In this document: positions 35,371 to 64,000 of the stretch, piece by piece
Position numbering within the stretch: the stretch's first letter is position 1
Layout: each line of letters starts with the position of its first letter
From: the human T2T-CHM13v2.0 reference genome, Homo sapiens
DNA: 64,000 nucleotides
Direction: 5' to 3' (one strand)
Assembly: GCF_009914755.1 (NCBI RefSeq)
Contig: NC_060927.1
Position numbers and translations under genes: made by a program
Notes under the pieces: generated by a model
The model's database searches: none
Told to the model about the DNA's origin: nothing
The model's input: only the letters and a program-made list of their open reading frames with translations

Positions 35371-38243
35371 TAAAAACATAGCAAATATATTCACTTTTCT
35401 CCTTTGCATAGTCACTGAAGTTTATTTCCTATTTTTCATTTTCAATAAACAGAGCTGCTGTGAACATTCTTGCATAGGTCTTGTGCAAATGTGCAAGAGT
35501 TTCTTCAGGTTATATATGCAGGAGTTGGACTGCGGGGGTGGAAGGTGTACATCCATCTTCACCTGTGCTCTATGTTGCCAAATGGCTCTCCAAAGTGTTC
35601 AGTCCAACTTACACTGCCCCCACCAGCGCCTGAGCTGTTCCCTGCCCCATATCCACATGAAAGCTCAATATGGTGCAGCTTCTATTTTACTTTGTAGTTT
35701 TTGCCAATCTGAAAATAAAAATAAATCTCTTTATTATTTGGATTTGTACTTCCCTGATTACTAAGATTAAAACTTGTTATCCTTGGCAGAAGCCCAATAT
35801 GTAAAGCTAAACTAGATGGAGTCATTCTGTTTGGGGGCAGGTGAGGGTATTCATATTTAAGATATCTAAGTGATTGCCTTTATGGTGTTAGTCCATTTGA
35901 ATCATATGCATATCCCTAAATATTGGGCATAATTTTTCGTAGTGTATTTCAGCTAGTGTCTTGACTGATTTTTAGAAATTGACTGTCATTTTAGCATTAT
36001 CTTTAACATCTCCACATCCCTTTACATGTGACTTGGGAGTTGACTTAAATAGCAAACATGAAAACCCAACCATGAAGCCAAGGAAGAGACCAGGCCTGTG
36101 AGTCTTGCAGGCGGGGGTCCTCACTTTGTTCAGGAAGATCCCTGATTTAGTGCCTTTGTTCTGCTGTCCCCTCTGCGTGGCATGCTCCTCCCCCTAGACG
36201 TGCACATGGCTCGCTACCTCCCCTCCTGCAGGTCATTTGCAGAGCTCACCTTAGTGCGGCCTTTTCCAACTTGGCACTGTAGGGAATATACTGCCCCAGC
36301 CCGCCAGCCACTCCTGGCACCCCCATCCTGCTTCACTATGTATTACCTTCATAGTACTTATTACTGTCTAGCTTTCTATATAAATTATTTAGTTACCATC
36401 CACTTTGACTCTTACTTATTTTTGTGTTTCCCTTATTCCCTGCAGAACGTAAGTTCTTCCAGTGCAGGCGTCTTTGTTTTGTTCACTGTCTTCCTAGAAT
36501 AATGCCTACACATAACAGTACTTAGTAAAGATTTGTTGATTAATAAATGGTCTGAAGTTAGCAAGGAAAAGAGGGCAAAGAAGAGCATTTCTGAAATAAA
36601 GAGAGACAGGCAATGTATGTGCCAAGACCTGGAGCCAACACAGTGTGGTCACCTGCACTGGAAGTGAAACAGAATATGACTATGATTATGAATGGCCGTC
36701 TCTCCAGGTTGGAGTGCTGTGGGCAGTTGTGAGAGATACAAGTAGGAGCCATAGTCAGCAGCTTGGACTTGATCTTGGGGACAGCGGGGAGCCCTTGCAT
36801 GATTTTAATCAAGAGAATAACACAATCCTATTTGCACTTTAGAGAAACATCACCCTGGCACCAACCAGGAGAAAGCATAGGCTGGGGGTTAAAGATAAGA
36901 TTGGAGACAGGTGGACCACCCAGAGGGCTGTCTCAGTGATCCAAGGGAAGGCAGATGGTGGCCTCACCAGATAATGGCAGGGAGAATGGAGAGAAGTGGA
37001 CAATTTCCAGAGATACTTGGGATGTCTCTACTGTCTTTTCCTGTGATCCCCGAAGTAAATGGAATCCAAGTAACTCTCCGCATCTGGTCTTAGCTGAGCC
37101 ATGAGGCTGTGCTTCTACTAAGCATGCTCATAAGTAATCAAACTGGGAGCCTTTCCAAAATGCTCCACCCACATCTTCAACTTTCCTCCTGGTGAAAGAA
37201 ATCTGGAGCAAGACTGCCATTATTCAACCATGCAGTGAATAATGGAGCAGCAAGCTGATTGAACTCGAAGTTTTTGGAAGGAAGGTAGCATTTGACATCC
37301 AAGTTCCCCTGGTCTCCAAATCTTTTGTGCAAGTAAATTAGTTTCATTTGTCTCAGGGCACCTTTTCCAGGCCAACTTCTTCCAACTTGACTGCAAATGT
37401 TTCTCAGTGGTGTGTTTGAGGCTTGGCTGCATCCCTTCGTCTGGAACAAATCTTTTATTACTAGGAAATAGCTGGATGATGATTCTGGACCCTTGGACCC
37501 TATCCCTCTGTCAGCTGTTGACTCAATATTTGATACCTTGATCATTTTCAGATTAACCTACCCCCTCTCCTGCCTGTTTCTCATTAATGTGAATTTCATA
37601 CTGGAAGATGAATTTCATACCCACCACCTCACCAGTATTGGCGAGACGGTCAGGATTAACACCTGTTTCTTCAAGACTCTCCTGAGATGTCGTCAGGGCG
37701 CATATGTTGTTTTCTTTGCTCACCTCCCAGACTTGCATGACTTGCTTTGGTCCAGTGGTCATGCATTCCACCCCAACCTAAAAACATCCAGATGATGGGA
37801 ATATCATGTTGCTCGTTTCACATGGGAAAGCCACAACCCACACTCCTCTTGTTCAAGTTGCATTCAAATCTAATTTCCACGGCCTGTGCGAGTGGGAGCT
37901 CCACAGCCCTTGTGTCAGCTGTCGAAGTTTAGCAATACTATTTCCAAACATGGGCCAGTAGGCAGCCAGCAGGCACCAGACAGCTGAGTGCTGGCAGAAA
38001 AAGCCTCAGACACCTATAGCAGTCCAAACAGTGACTCATCCTGCTATTGCCAGGATAAATATGGGAATAAATGGTATTTTTCTCTAAGCAGGAAGAATTG
38101 TCAAAATGCTTATCACTTTATAAAATATAACAGATTGTGCCTGATCATGTTTTGAAATGTTCTAACCATTCACTCGCCGGTTTTTTGTTGTTTTTACTTT
38201 TTTGAGTTTAGTAATAGCTTTCACTTGTTTTCCCTCTTTCTAG

Positions 38244-38436
38244 GAGGCCTGGAGAACCCAGGAGTTTCCAAGCTGTGCTGCCACCCGAGCTCTGGATCCA
38301 CCTGGCTGTGGTGGCCTGTGGCAATCGGCTGGAGGAGACGCTGGTCATGCTCAAATCAGCTGTGCTTTTTAGCCACAGGAAGATCCAATTCCACATCTTC
38401 ACTGAAGACTCTCTGAAGCCCGAGTTTGATAAGCAG
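38244..38436 (+). CDS. GXYLT2: GXYLT2 coding exon 2 (start of GT8 catalytic domain)
   Basis: Pyrimidine tract + TAG acceptor (38241-38243), donor CAG|GTGAAT. 193 nt; 275+193=468 nt=156 codons. Encodes [64 protein letters not shown], with the GXYLT-type HLAVVACG motif. Confidence 0.97.
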
Positions 38437-38631
38437 GTGAATTTGCAGAAATCATGGCACAGTGTTTACTAAGTACAAACAGACTACATTTTAGGAACTG
38501 CATATTCTGTTAACTAATGTATTTTGCTGCATGTTCAATTGTGTGACTTTGAACACTTGACTCTGAGCCTCAGTTTTTGGTAAAACAGGGATAATTATAC
38601 CTACCTCATAGAGACATGGTGAGGATTGAAT

Positions 38632-39334
<703 letters not shown>

Positions 39335-40763
39335 TGATTAAATTGTATTTCTTTTACGAAAATCAGGATTGTACTCTGTATATTGTTGTGGAACTTGCTT
39401 TTTGCATTGAAAACTGTATCATCAGCATTGTTCCCAGTCAGTACTCCTACATTCTTACCTCATTCTTTTTGGTGACTACATAGTATTTTATTATGGGGCT
39501 GGGTCCTCATTTATTTGACTATTCCCATACTGAAGAACAGGTAATGAGTTTTTTCCAGTACACAAAAAGAGCTTTGGAAAGGTCTCTTCCCCCAGCGTAG
39601 GTACACACGTGACCTTTGCAGATCAAGCTTTGTTTTCCTTGAGAGTTTTCTCTTGCTGTAAGTTCTCAAATGGTGGCAGAGCGAGAAGCTGGTTTGCTTT
39701 GTGTCTACCAACTTGAGTCAACAGTGCTGTATCCTGTCACCAGGCTAGCTGGACTAATGAGAAATGCCCAAAAAAAGCATGTTGGGCAGAGAAAGGCTAA
39801 TAATAGAAAGATGGAAAATGTGTTATGTTTGAGTAGGAAAAAAAAAGTACCTTGACATCTTTACCAAGAGAAACCATGGAGGAAATAGTCTTGGGGCTTT
39901 GGAATTGATTGGAAAATGCCTTGTAAAGGATCTGAATCAGGGGAAGGGTGAAGGAAAAGGGCTGAAACTCTATATAGTTAGCTCAGAGGGTGAAGTATAA
40001 GGGAAATGATAATGAGAATATATAGCATTTGTTAAGGGCTTATGATTTATGAGTTCATCTCATTTAATCCTCATAATCTTCAAAGGTAACCTTTGAAGAA
40101 GGTAATTATTATGTCCCAATTTTACAGACTGAGATCATTGAGCTTAGAGAATTTTAGTGATTTGCTCCTCAGGGTTCAGGTCAAGTTTATGGCTCACCCT
40201 TCCATGGAATTAATCGATATGCCATACCACCTCCTCAACTAGTAGACAGAAGACTCAAATTCAAAACTCACCTCCACTATGTACTTGCTATATGACCTTG
40301 GGTTAGTCTTTTGGCCTTTTTGAGCCTCAGTTTCCCCATCTGCAACTTGAGGCTAGCGGGTTTGCTAAAAGAGATGGTAGATCTGTAATATGGATAGGTC
40401 AGGTCAGGCTTCAGTAACAACTCCCCCAAAACTCAGACACTTTTCATGTGCCTGCAGCTTGCTTCCCAGGGGACAGAGCCTCCATTCTGTACAGCCTCTT
40501 AGGTTTGGGACGGAAGTAGACTGAGGCTATTCATGTGTTAGCTACACTTGCCAGAGCATTTGACATCTGTAGTTCGTGGGATGCCATGGCAGGAAAGAGA
40601 CTAGAGAGTCATAACCCCGCCTTTCATTCCCTCAGTGTGGCAGTGACACAGGTCTTTCCATGCATGTTTAACTGGCTAGTAGTCACAAGCCCATCCAACT
40701 GCAGGGGACTGAGAAGTGCTCTATGTGGCGGAACAAAGGGAAGCTGGCTATGTGCAAACACTA

Positions 40764-42790
<2,027 letters not shown>

Positions 42791-42871
42791 TATAAATTAA
42801 GAGCTAAATTATATGGGAAAATTATTGCAGATAGTTGTGAAGTTGTGCTAGGTGTTGAATTTTCCTGATGA

Positions 42872-43215
<344 letters not shown>

Positions 43216-43277
43216 TCCTCAGGTTTTTATTAAACCAGTGAAGCTCATCTAATGAAGGAAATTATGACAGGGTGTTA

Positions 43278-47651
<4,374 letters not shown>

Positions 47652-47869
47652 GTTTATATGGTTATATAAACAATATATGTACATTGTAAAAACCAGTAAA
47701 TTCATAAATAATAAATGGAAAAAAAACCCATTACACTAATGCTCAGGGAGAACAGTTTTGGTGTATATATATAATACTTATTTCCATTCCTTTTCTTTTC
47801 ATATCACCATCAGAAATGGGATCTCTTTTATATCACTGATGCTTATATTACTGAGTTTCCTCTAAAGTG

Positions 47870-48190
47870 AGTTGACCAATGTTTCCTGGAAAACGCCAGA
47901 TAGTAACTATTTTAGGCTTTGCAGGCTGTATGGTCTCTATCCCAACTACTCAATGTGCTATTTAGAGTAGAAGCAGCCACAAACAATATATAAACAAATG
48001 GGTGTGGCTGTGTTCTGGTAACATTTTACTTATGGGCACTGAGATTTGAATTTCATATAATTGTCACAAAATATTATTCTTGTTTTGATTTTTTAAAACT
48101 ATTTTAGAATGCCAAACCATTGTTGGCTTGTGTACTCTTTGTGGCAGGCTAGATTTGGCTCTGGTACTACCATAATTTGCTGACCCCAGT
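47870..48190. mobile_element. MER58-like DNA transposon remnant
   Basis: GCCAGATAGTAACTATTTTAGGCTTTGCAGGC..ATTTGCTGACCCC. Confidence 0.75.
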
Positions 48191-48420
48191 TCTATGACAT
48201 TATCACTAATGACTACATTGCATTCTGTTATATAGATAGACTCTGGAGCTTACTTAACCAAACTCTTCTTTAGATTGTTTCTAATTTTTCATTGTTACAA
48301 ACAACACTAAAACAAACAACCTTGTAATAAACAAGTATCCATTTTTGAAATTTTTCCTTAGGAATAATTCTTAGAATTGTTGTAGCAACGGGAAGGCATT
48401 AACTCAAAAAAATTGAGAAG

Positions 48421-50480
<2,060 letters not shown>

Positions 50481-50666
50481 TAAAAGTGTATTTTAAAAAT
50501 TTTGTTATAAAATTAATATATGCAAAGAAAGTAATATATACTCATTGTAAAAATTCTAAAGAATATGGAAATGTAGCCCGAGGAAATGAAACCACCATCA
50601 CCAGCTATAGAGTGCCCACTTTTAATAATTTGGTGCATATCCATCTAGGTTTTTCTTTACATATAA

Positions 50667-51606
<940 letters not shown>

Positions 51607-52081
51607 CCTCTAACGGTACATTATTTTATTATATAGTTCTGTCATACTTAATTGTCCCAATTCCTTATTATTGGACATTTTGATTGTTCCCAAGTTTGTT
51701 GGGTTTTTTTCCTCTTCCAAGCTGCAAAGTTCTCAAGTCTTGTTATTACAAACTAGGTTGTGGTGAATGTCCTTGTACCTCTGTCTTTTGGGGTGTTGTT
51801 ACCAGTTTCCAAGTTAACCTTTTGGAAGTTTGTTCAAATCTATACTCCCCTCTGCAGTTTCTCAACACTGTTGCCAACGGTGAATGTTATTTTTTAAAAT
51901 CTTAGCAATTTTAGTAGGAGCAAATACTCTTTCATTTAGTGAACATTCATAGTGGTGATGAAGTTAGACTTTCTGTGTAAGTTGCCTGAATAATTTCCAT
52001 TTGACCATCCAGAAGCTTCGCAGGCATTTTCCATATTTCCTAGGGCCTAATCACCCTTCCCTTGCTTCCCATGTTTTTCAG

Positions 52082-52213
52082 TTACGCCAGTGGCCTGACT
52101 CATATACAAAGAAGTTTGAGCACAGAATCTACCCCATCACATTTTCTGTTGGAAACCCTCAGGAGTGGAAGAAATTGTTCAAACCCTGTGCTGCCCAGAG
52201 ACTCTTTCTTCCG
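52082..52213 (+). CDS. GXYLT2: GXYLT2 coding exon 3; later exons lie beyond the window
   Basis: Branch-like CTAAT at 52047, TTTTTCAG acceptor, donor CCG|GTAGGA. 132 nt, phase 0-0. Encodes [44 protein letters not shown]. Confidence 0.97.
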
Positions 52214-52668
52214 GTAGGAACACCTGTTTTTAATAAGTTGTAGCTTGCTCCTGGAAATAAGGTAAAATTAGCTGAGATGTGTGTAGAAACATTTAACTTA
52301 ACAGCTGAAAACCTGTGTCTCTTGGATTCTGGAGCTGATGCTCTAAGTCTGCAGCATGTAGAGAGGATCCCTGTGTTCTGGAGGTTGTCATACCGAAAGA
52401 CTGAGGGACTGTAAGCATTCAAATCCTGTCTTGGATCATTGGTCTTTGTGACTATGGTTCCATTATTTACTGGCTCCTGTGAACCTCGTTAAATCCCCCA
52501 ACTTTACTAACTTCAGTTTTATCCATAGGCTTGGCACATAGCTGGCCCTCAATAAATATTAGCCTGGATTATTGTTATTTCTCTTATCACAATAACAACT
52601 ACTAGTTATGGCCATACTAGGCTATCATTCCAAAAGGGTCCAGAATTTTGGTTTAGTCTTTTAGTTTA

Positions 52669-53318
<650 letters not shown>

Positions 53319-53684
53319 TTAAAAATCAAATAATAATAAAAATATTCAATAGAAAAAGATATTTCAAAAGTGAGAATAATATTGCACAGGGATAGCAACT
53401 TTGAATTGTCAGTTGCTGCCTTAATTTTTGTGAGGGATTCATGCCTTCAGTAGACATTTGTTGAGTGCCCACCAGGGTGCTGGGCCCTGGCTCAGTGATG
53501 ATGACATGGTAATAAGACAGCCATGGTCCTGTTTCCTTGAAGCTTGAGTCTAGTAGGGCCTTGAACAAATAATTAGAAGTATGACCAGTACTAAGAGGAG
53601 ATAATCTCATGGATGTATGTAACATGGGGTTCCATCCTGGTCTGAGAGAGATCATAGAAGGTTCTCCTGAGGCAGTGGCATATT

Positions 53685-57116
<3,432 letters not shown>

Positions 57117-58720
57117 AAATTAGTTATAGCTTTAACCTGTAAATGTATTCTGAAAGTTTTCTGACTCCATATTTCCAAGAAACTTGTCCCACTCCTTAAT
57201 ATTTCAAAGGACTACCATGCCAAATAAAGATAAATCTTTATTTTATGTAGTGAAAGCAACAATGTATAATCTTCTCTTTTCTACTTACGGCTTGTTAAAG
57301 AGACCGGTAACTGGTTCTAATGTTTTGAAATCTGCATGCTTACCAATGATGTCTTCATGAGTTAGCTGTAGGCTAATGGAAAAAGGAAGCTTATCATACT
57401 TTTTAGAACTTTTTATAATTAAGGTCAGACCTCTATATTATTATTAATATTACACCTCAGTATTTGCAATTAACATTGAGACATCCTTGCAACAAACCCT
57501 TTGGATATTAACAAATATTGACACACATATAGGAATATATTAAAAATCCTTATTAAGGGGAACATCAATTAGAATCACCATAAATGATGTTTATACATTT
57601 CATCAAGCACCAAGAGGCCATAAATTATTTGGATGAGATTAGCCACCTAAATGATTACATGAAATGACCTTAGATACCAATTTTGTTGAACAAGCTTTCC
57701 ACAGTACTTATCATTTACTCATACACTATTAAAAGTTTGACATTCAGGATATTAGCTACAACTCTTGGTTATATGTGAGAGAAACTCAACTCCAACTAGC
57801 AAAGAAGGAAATTAATTTATTGGCTTATCTAACTGCAAAGTCCACACTGTAGGGCTGATTCCAAGCACAGCTAGATCCAGAGGCTAACATAATGTCATCA
57901 GGACTCTGTCTCTCTCTTTCAGTCCCTTGCAAGGCTACTCCATAAGCATAATGATTGCTCAAAGCAGCCTGAAATCCAAATTCTAGCAGCTTAGCAGCTA
58001 CGGCAGAAAAAGAGCATGGCAAGGTAGCAACTTCCAAAATGGTGACATTAGGAGCCCTGTGGAATTGCTCCCCAGTGAAACAAGCATAACTTGTGAAAAT
58101 AATTTTTAAAATAACTATCTAAATACTTTGGAAATTGTCCTAAGGACCTAGGCAAATGAAGGAACATTTATTCAAGAAAATCTACTAAAACTTGGTAAGA
58201 AGAGTGAGAATCTGTGACATTTGAACCACAGCCTCCCTCCTTCCCCCTTCCAGTTCAGTGTGATAAAAATTCACCTTCTACCTGAAGTTCATTCAAGAAC
58301 ACAGGGATTCCTCTCTCTCCAGCTCCCAGTTGAGGAACATGGTATCTCCTTGGGAGGCACAGGCCATCAGCATTTCTTATTGCTACTAGCTAGCTATGTG
58401 TTGCAGAGCCTAAATTCCATGGAGGTGTGGCCTAGAAGCCAGGGTGTTTCTTAATTAAGAGGAGGCTTGCACCTTAATGAGAACAGCAAGCTAAACCATA
58501 GGCCAGTTAGTTTACAAGGGAGAGCCAGAGGACAATGCAGGTAAAACGTGCCCTCCTGGAGTCATAACAGATATCACAGACTAGCCTCAAAAATTCAAAT
58601 GGTCCTTAATTTAATTGGATCAGACTGTGGGGGCAATTTGTGCTCCACTGAGGAAATAACTCCAAAAAAAAAACCCCATAAAAAAATAAATTAAAATGCT
58701 CTATTAGAAAATATTCACTT

Positions 58721-59592
<872 letters not shown>

Positions 59593-59657
59593 AGAAAATA
59601 TTCACTTAATGCAAAATAAAGCAGAAAAGAAAGAATAGAGGAACAACAAAAATATTA

Positions 59658-60043
<386 letters not shown>

Positions 60044-60180
60044 TCAAAAAAACAAAAAAAAAAAACAGAGTTGCAGTTATAGTTGATAAAGAATACAGTC
60101 GAACTGTGTGCTCTCTATAGGAGGTGTTCATGCCTGTAATTCTAGCTGACGCGGGCAGATCACTTGAGCTCAGGAGTTCA

Positions 60181-60411
<231 letters not shown>

Positions 60412-60436
60412 TCATCAACAGTAGTAGGAGATATGA

Positions 60437-60787
<351 letters not shown>

Positions 60788-61085
60788 TAATGGATTGAAC
60801 AACTAGGCTGAATGTCAACACGGAAATAGAAGAACAACACCATAAACCAGCTGAACCAACCGACTTCTTTAGGACACTCCACCCAACACCAGTAGAATAC
60901 GTTCTTATGAGTGCACATGAAACTTTCTCCAGAATGGACCATATGTTGTACCATAAAAGAAGCTGTAAAAAGCATAAAAGGATTGAAGTTATACAATGTA
61001 TGTTCTCTGACCACAGTGGAATGGAATTAGAAGTCAATAACAGAAAGAAATTTGGGAAGTTAACAAAAATGTAGAAATTAAGTAA

Positions 61086-61238
<153 letters not shown>

Positions 61239-61882
61239 TAGCTGGGACTACAGGTGCCCGTCACCACACATGGCTAATTTTTTGTATTTTTAGTAGAGAC
61301 GGGGTTTCACCATGTTAGCCAGGATGGTCTCGATCTCCTGACCTCGTGATTCACCTGCCTCGGCCTCTCAAAGTGCTAGGATTACAGGCGTGAGCCACTG
61401 CGCCCGGCCTAAGTAACATACTTCTTTCTAAATAGCCAATTGCTTTAAGAAGAAACTACAAGGGAAACTACAATGAAAATGAAGATACAACATACCAGTA
61501 CTTATGGCAGACACCTAACACAGGGTTTAGAGGGAAATTTATAAACTTCAGCAGTACAAATGAGGAAAGGCCTCAAGTCAATAGCCTAACCTTCCACTTT
61601 ACAGCACCTCAGAAGAGCAAACTAAATCCAAGCAAGCAGAAGGATGGAAATAATAAAGATTCAACTGAAAATTAATGATACAGAGAAGAGAAAAAACAGT
61701 AGAGGAGTAACACCAAAACTAAAAATTGGTACTTTGAAAAGATCAACAAAATTGACAAACCTTTAGGTAGACTGAGCTAGAAAACAAGGGAAGACTCAAA
61801 CTACTAAAATCAGGAAGGAAAGAGGGAACATAACTACCAACATTACCAAAATAAAAGGATTATAAAGCAATACTATGAATAA

Positions 61883-64000
<2,118 letters not shown>

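Noticed and set aside
37177-37932. Cluster of minus-strand ORFs (122, 70, 72 aa) upstream of exon 2
   Set aside because: No recognisable homology or splice structure; unique or very old repeat sequence that I cannot classify.

Overview
Human genomic DNA: a near-consensus AluYb8 indicates human, and the gene content matches my recollection of 3p13. The window holds the CpG-island promoter and coding exons 1-3 of GXYLT2 (glucoside xylosyltransferase 2, + strand; 200 codons splice in frame and the gene continues past the window). It also holds three L1-made processed pseudogenes with readable target-site duplications (TSDs): PSMD12 (-), LAPTM4B (+) and FTH1 (+, in GXYLT2 intron 3, with a near-intact iron-responsive element). 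The rest is mostly Alu, L1, MaLR/LTR and MER repeats, and nearly all other ORFs in the track are repeat artefacts. The most notable signal is the LAPTM4B retrocopy. Inside its 14-bp TSD it begins with 83 nt of THE1 (MaLR) LTR running from about the LTR start site to the LTR splice donor, joined at what I recall as the LAPTM4B exon 3 boundary, with an in-frame LTR ATG. It looks like a fossil cDNA of an LTR-driven, N-terminally truncated LAPTM4B isoform. Other observations include a uORF whose stop overlaps the GXYLT2 ATG and an old local duplication upstream of the promoter. Repeat subfamily names, pseudogene numbers and parent-gene sequences are from memory, not from a search.
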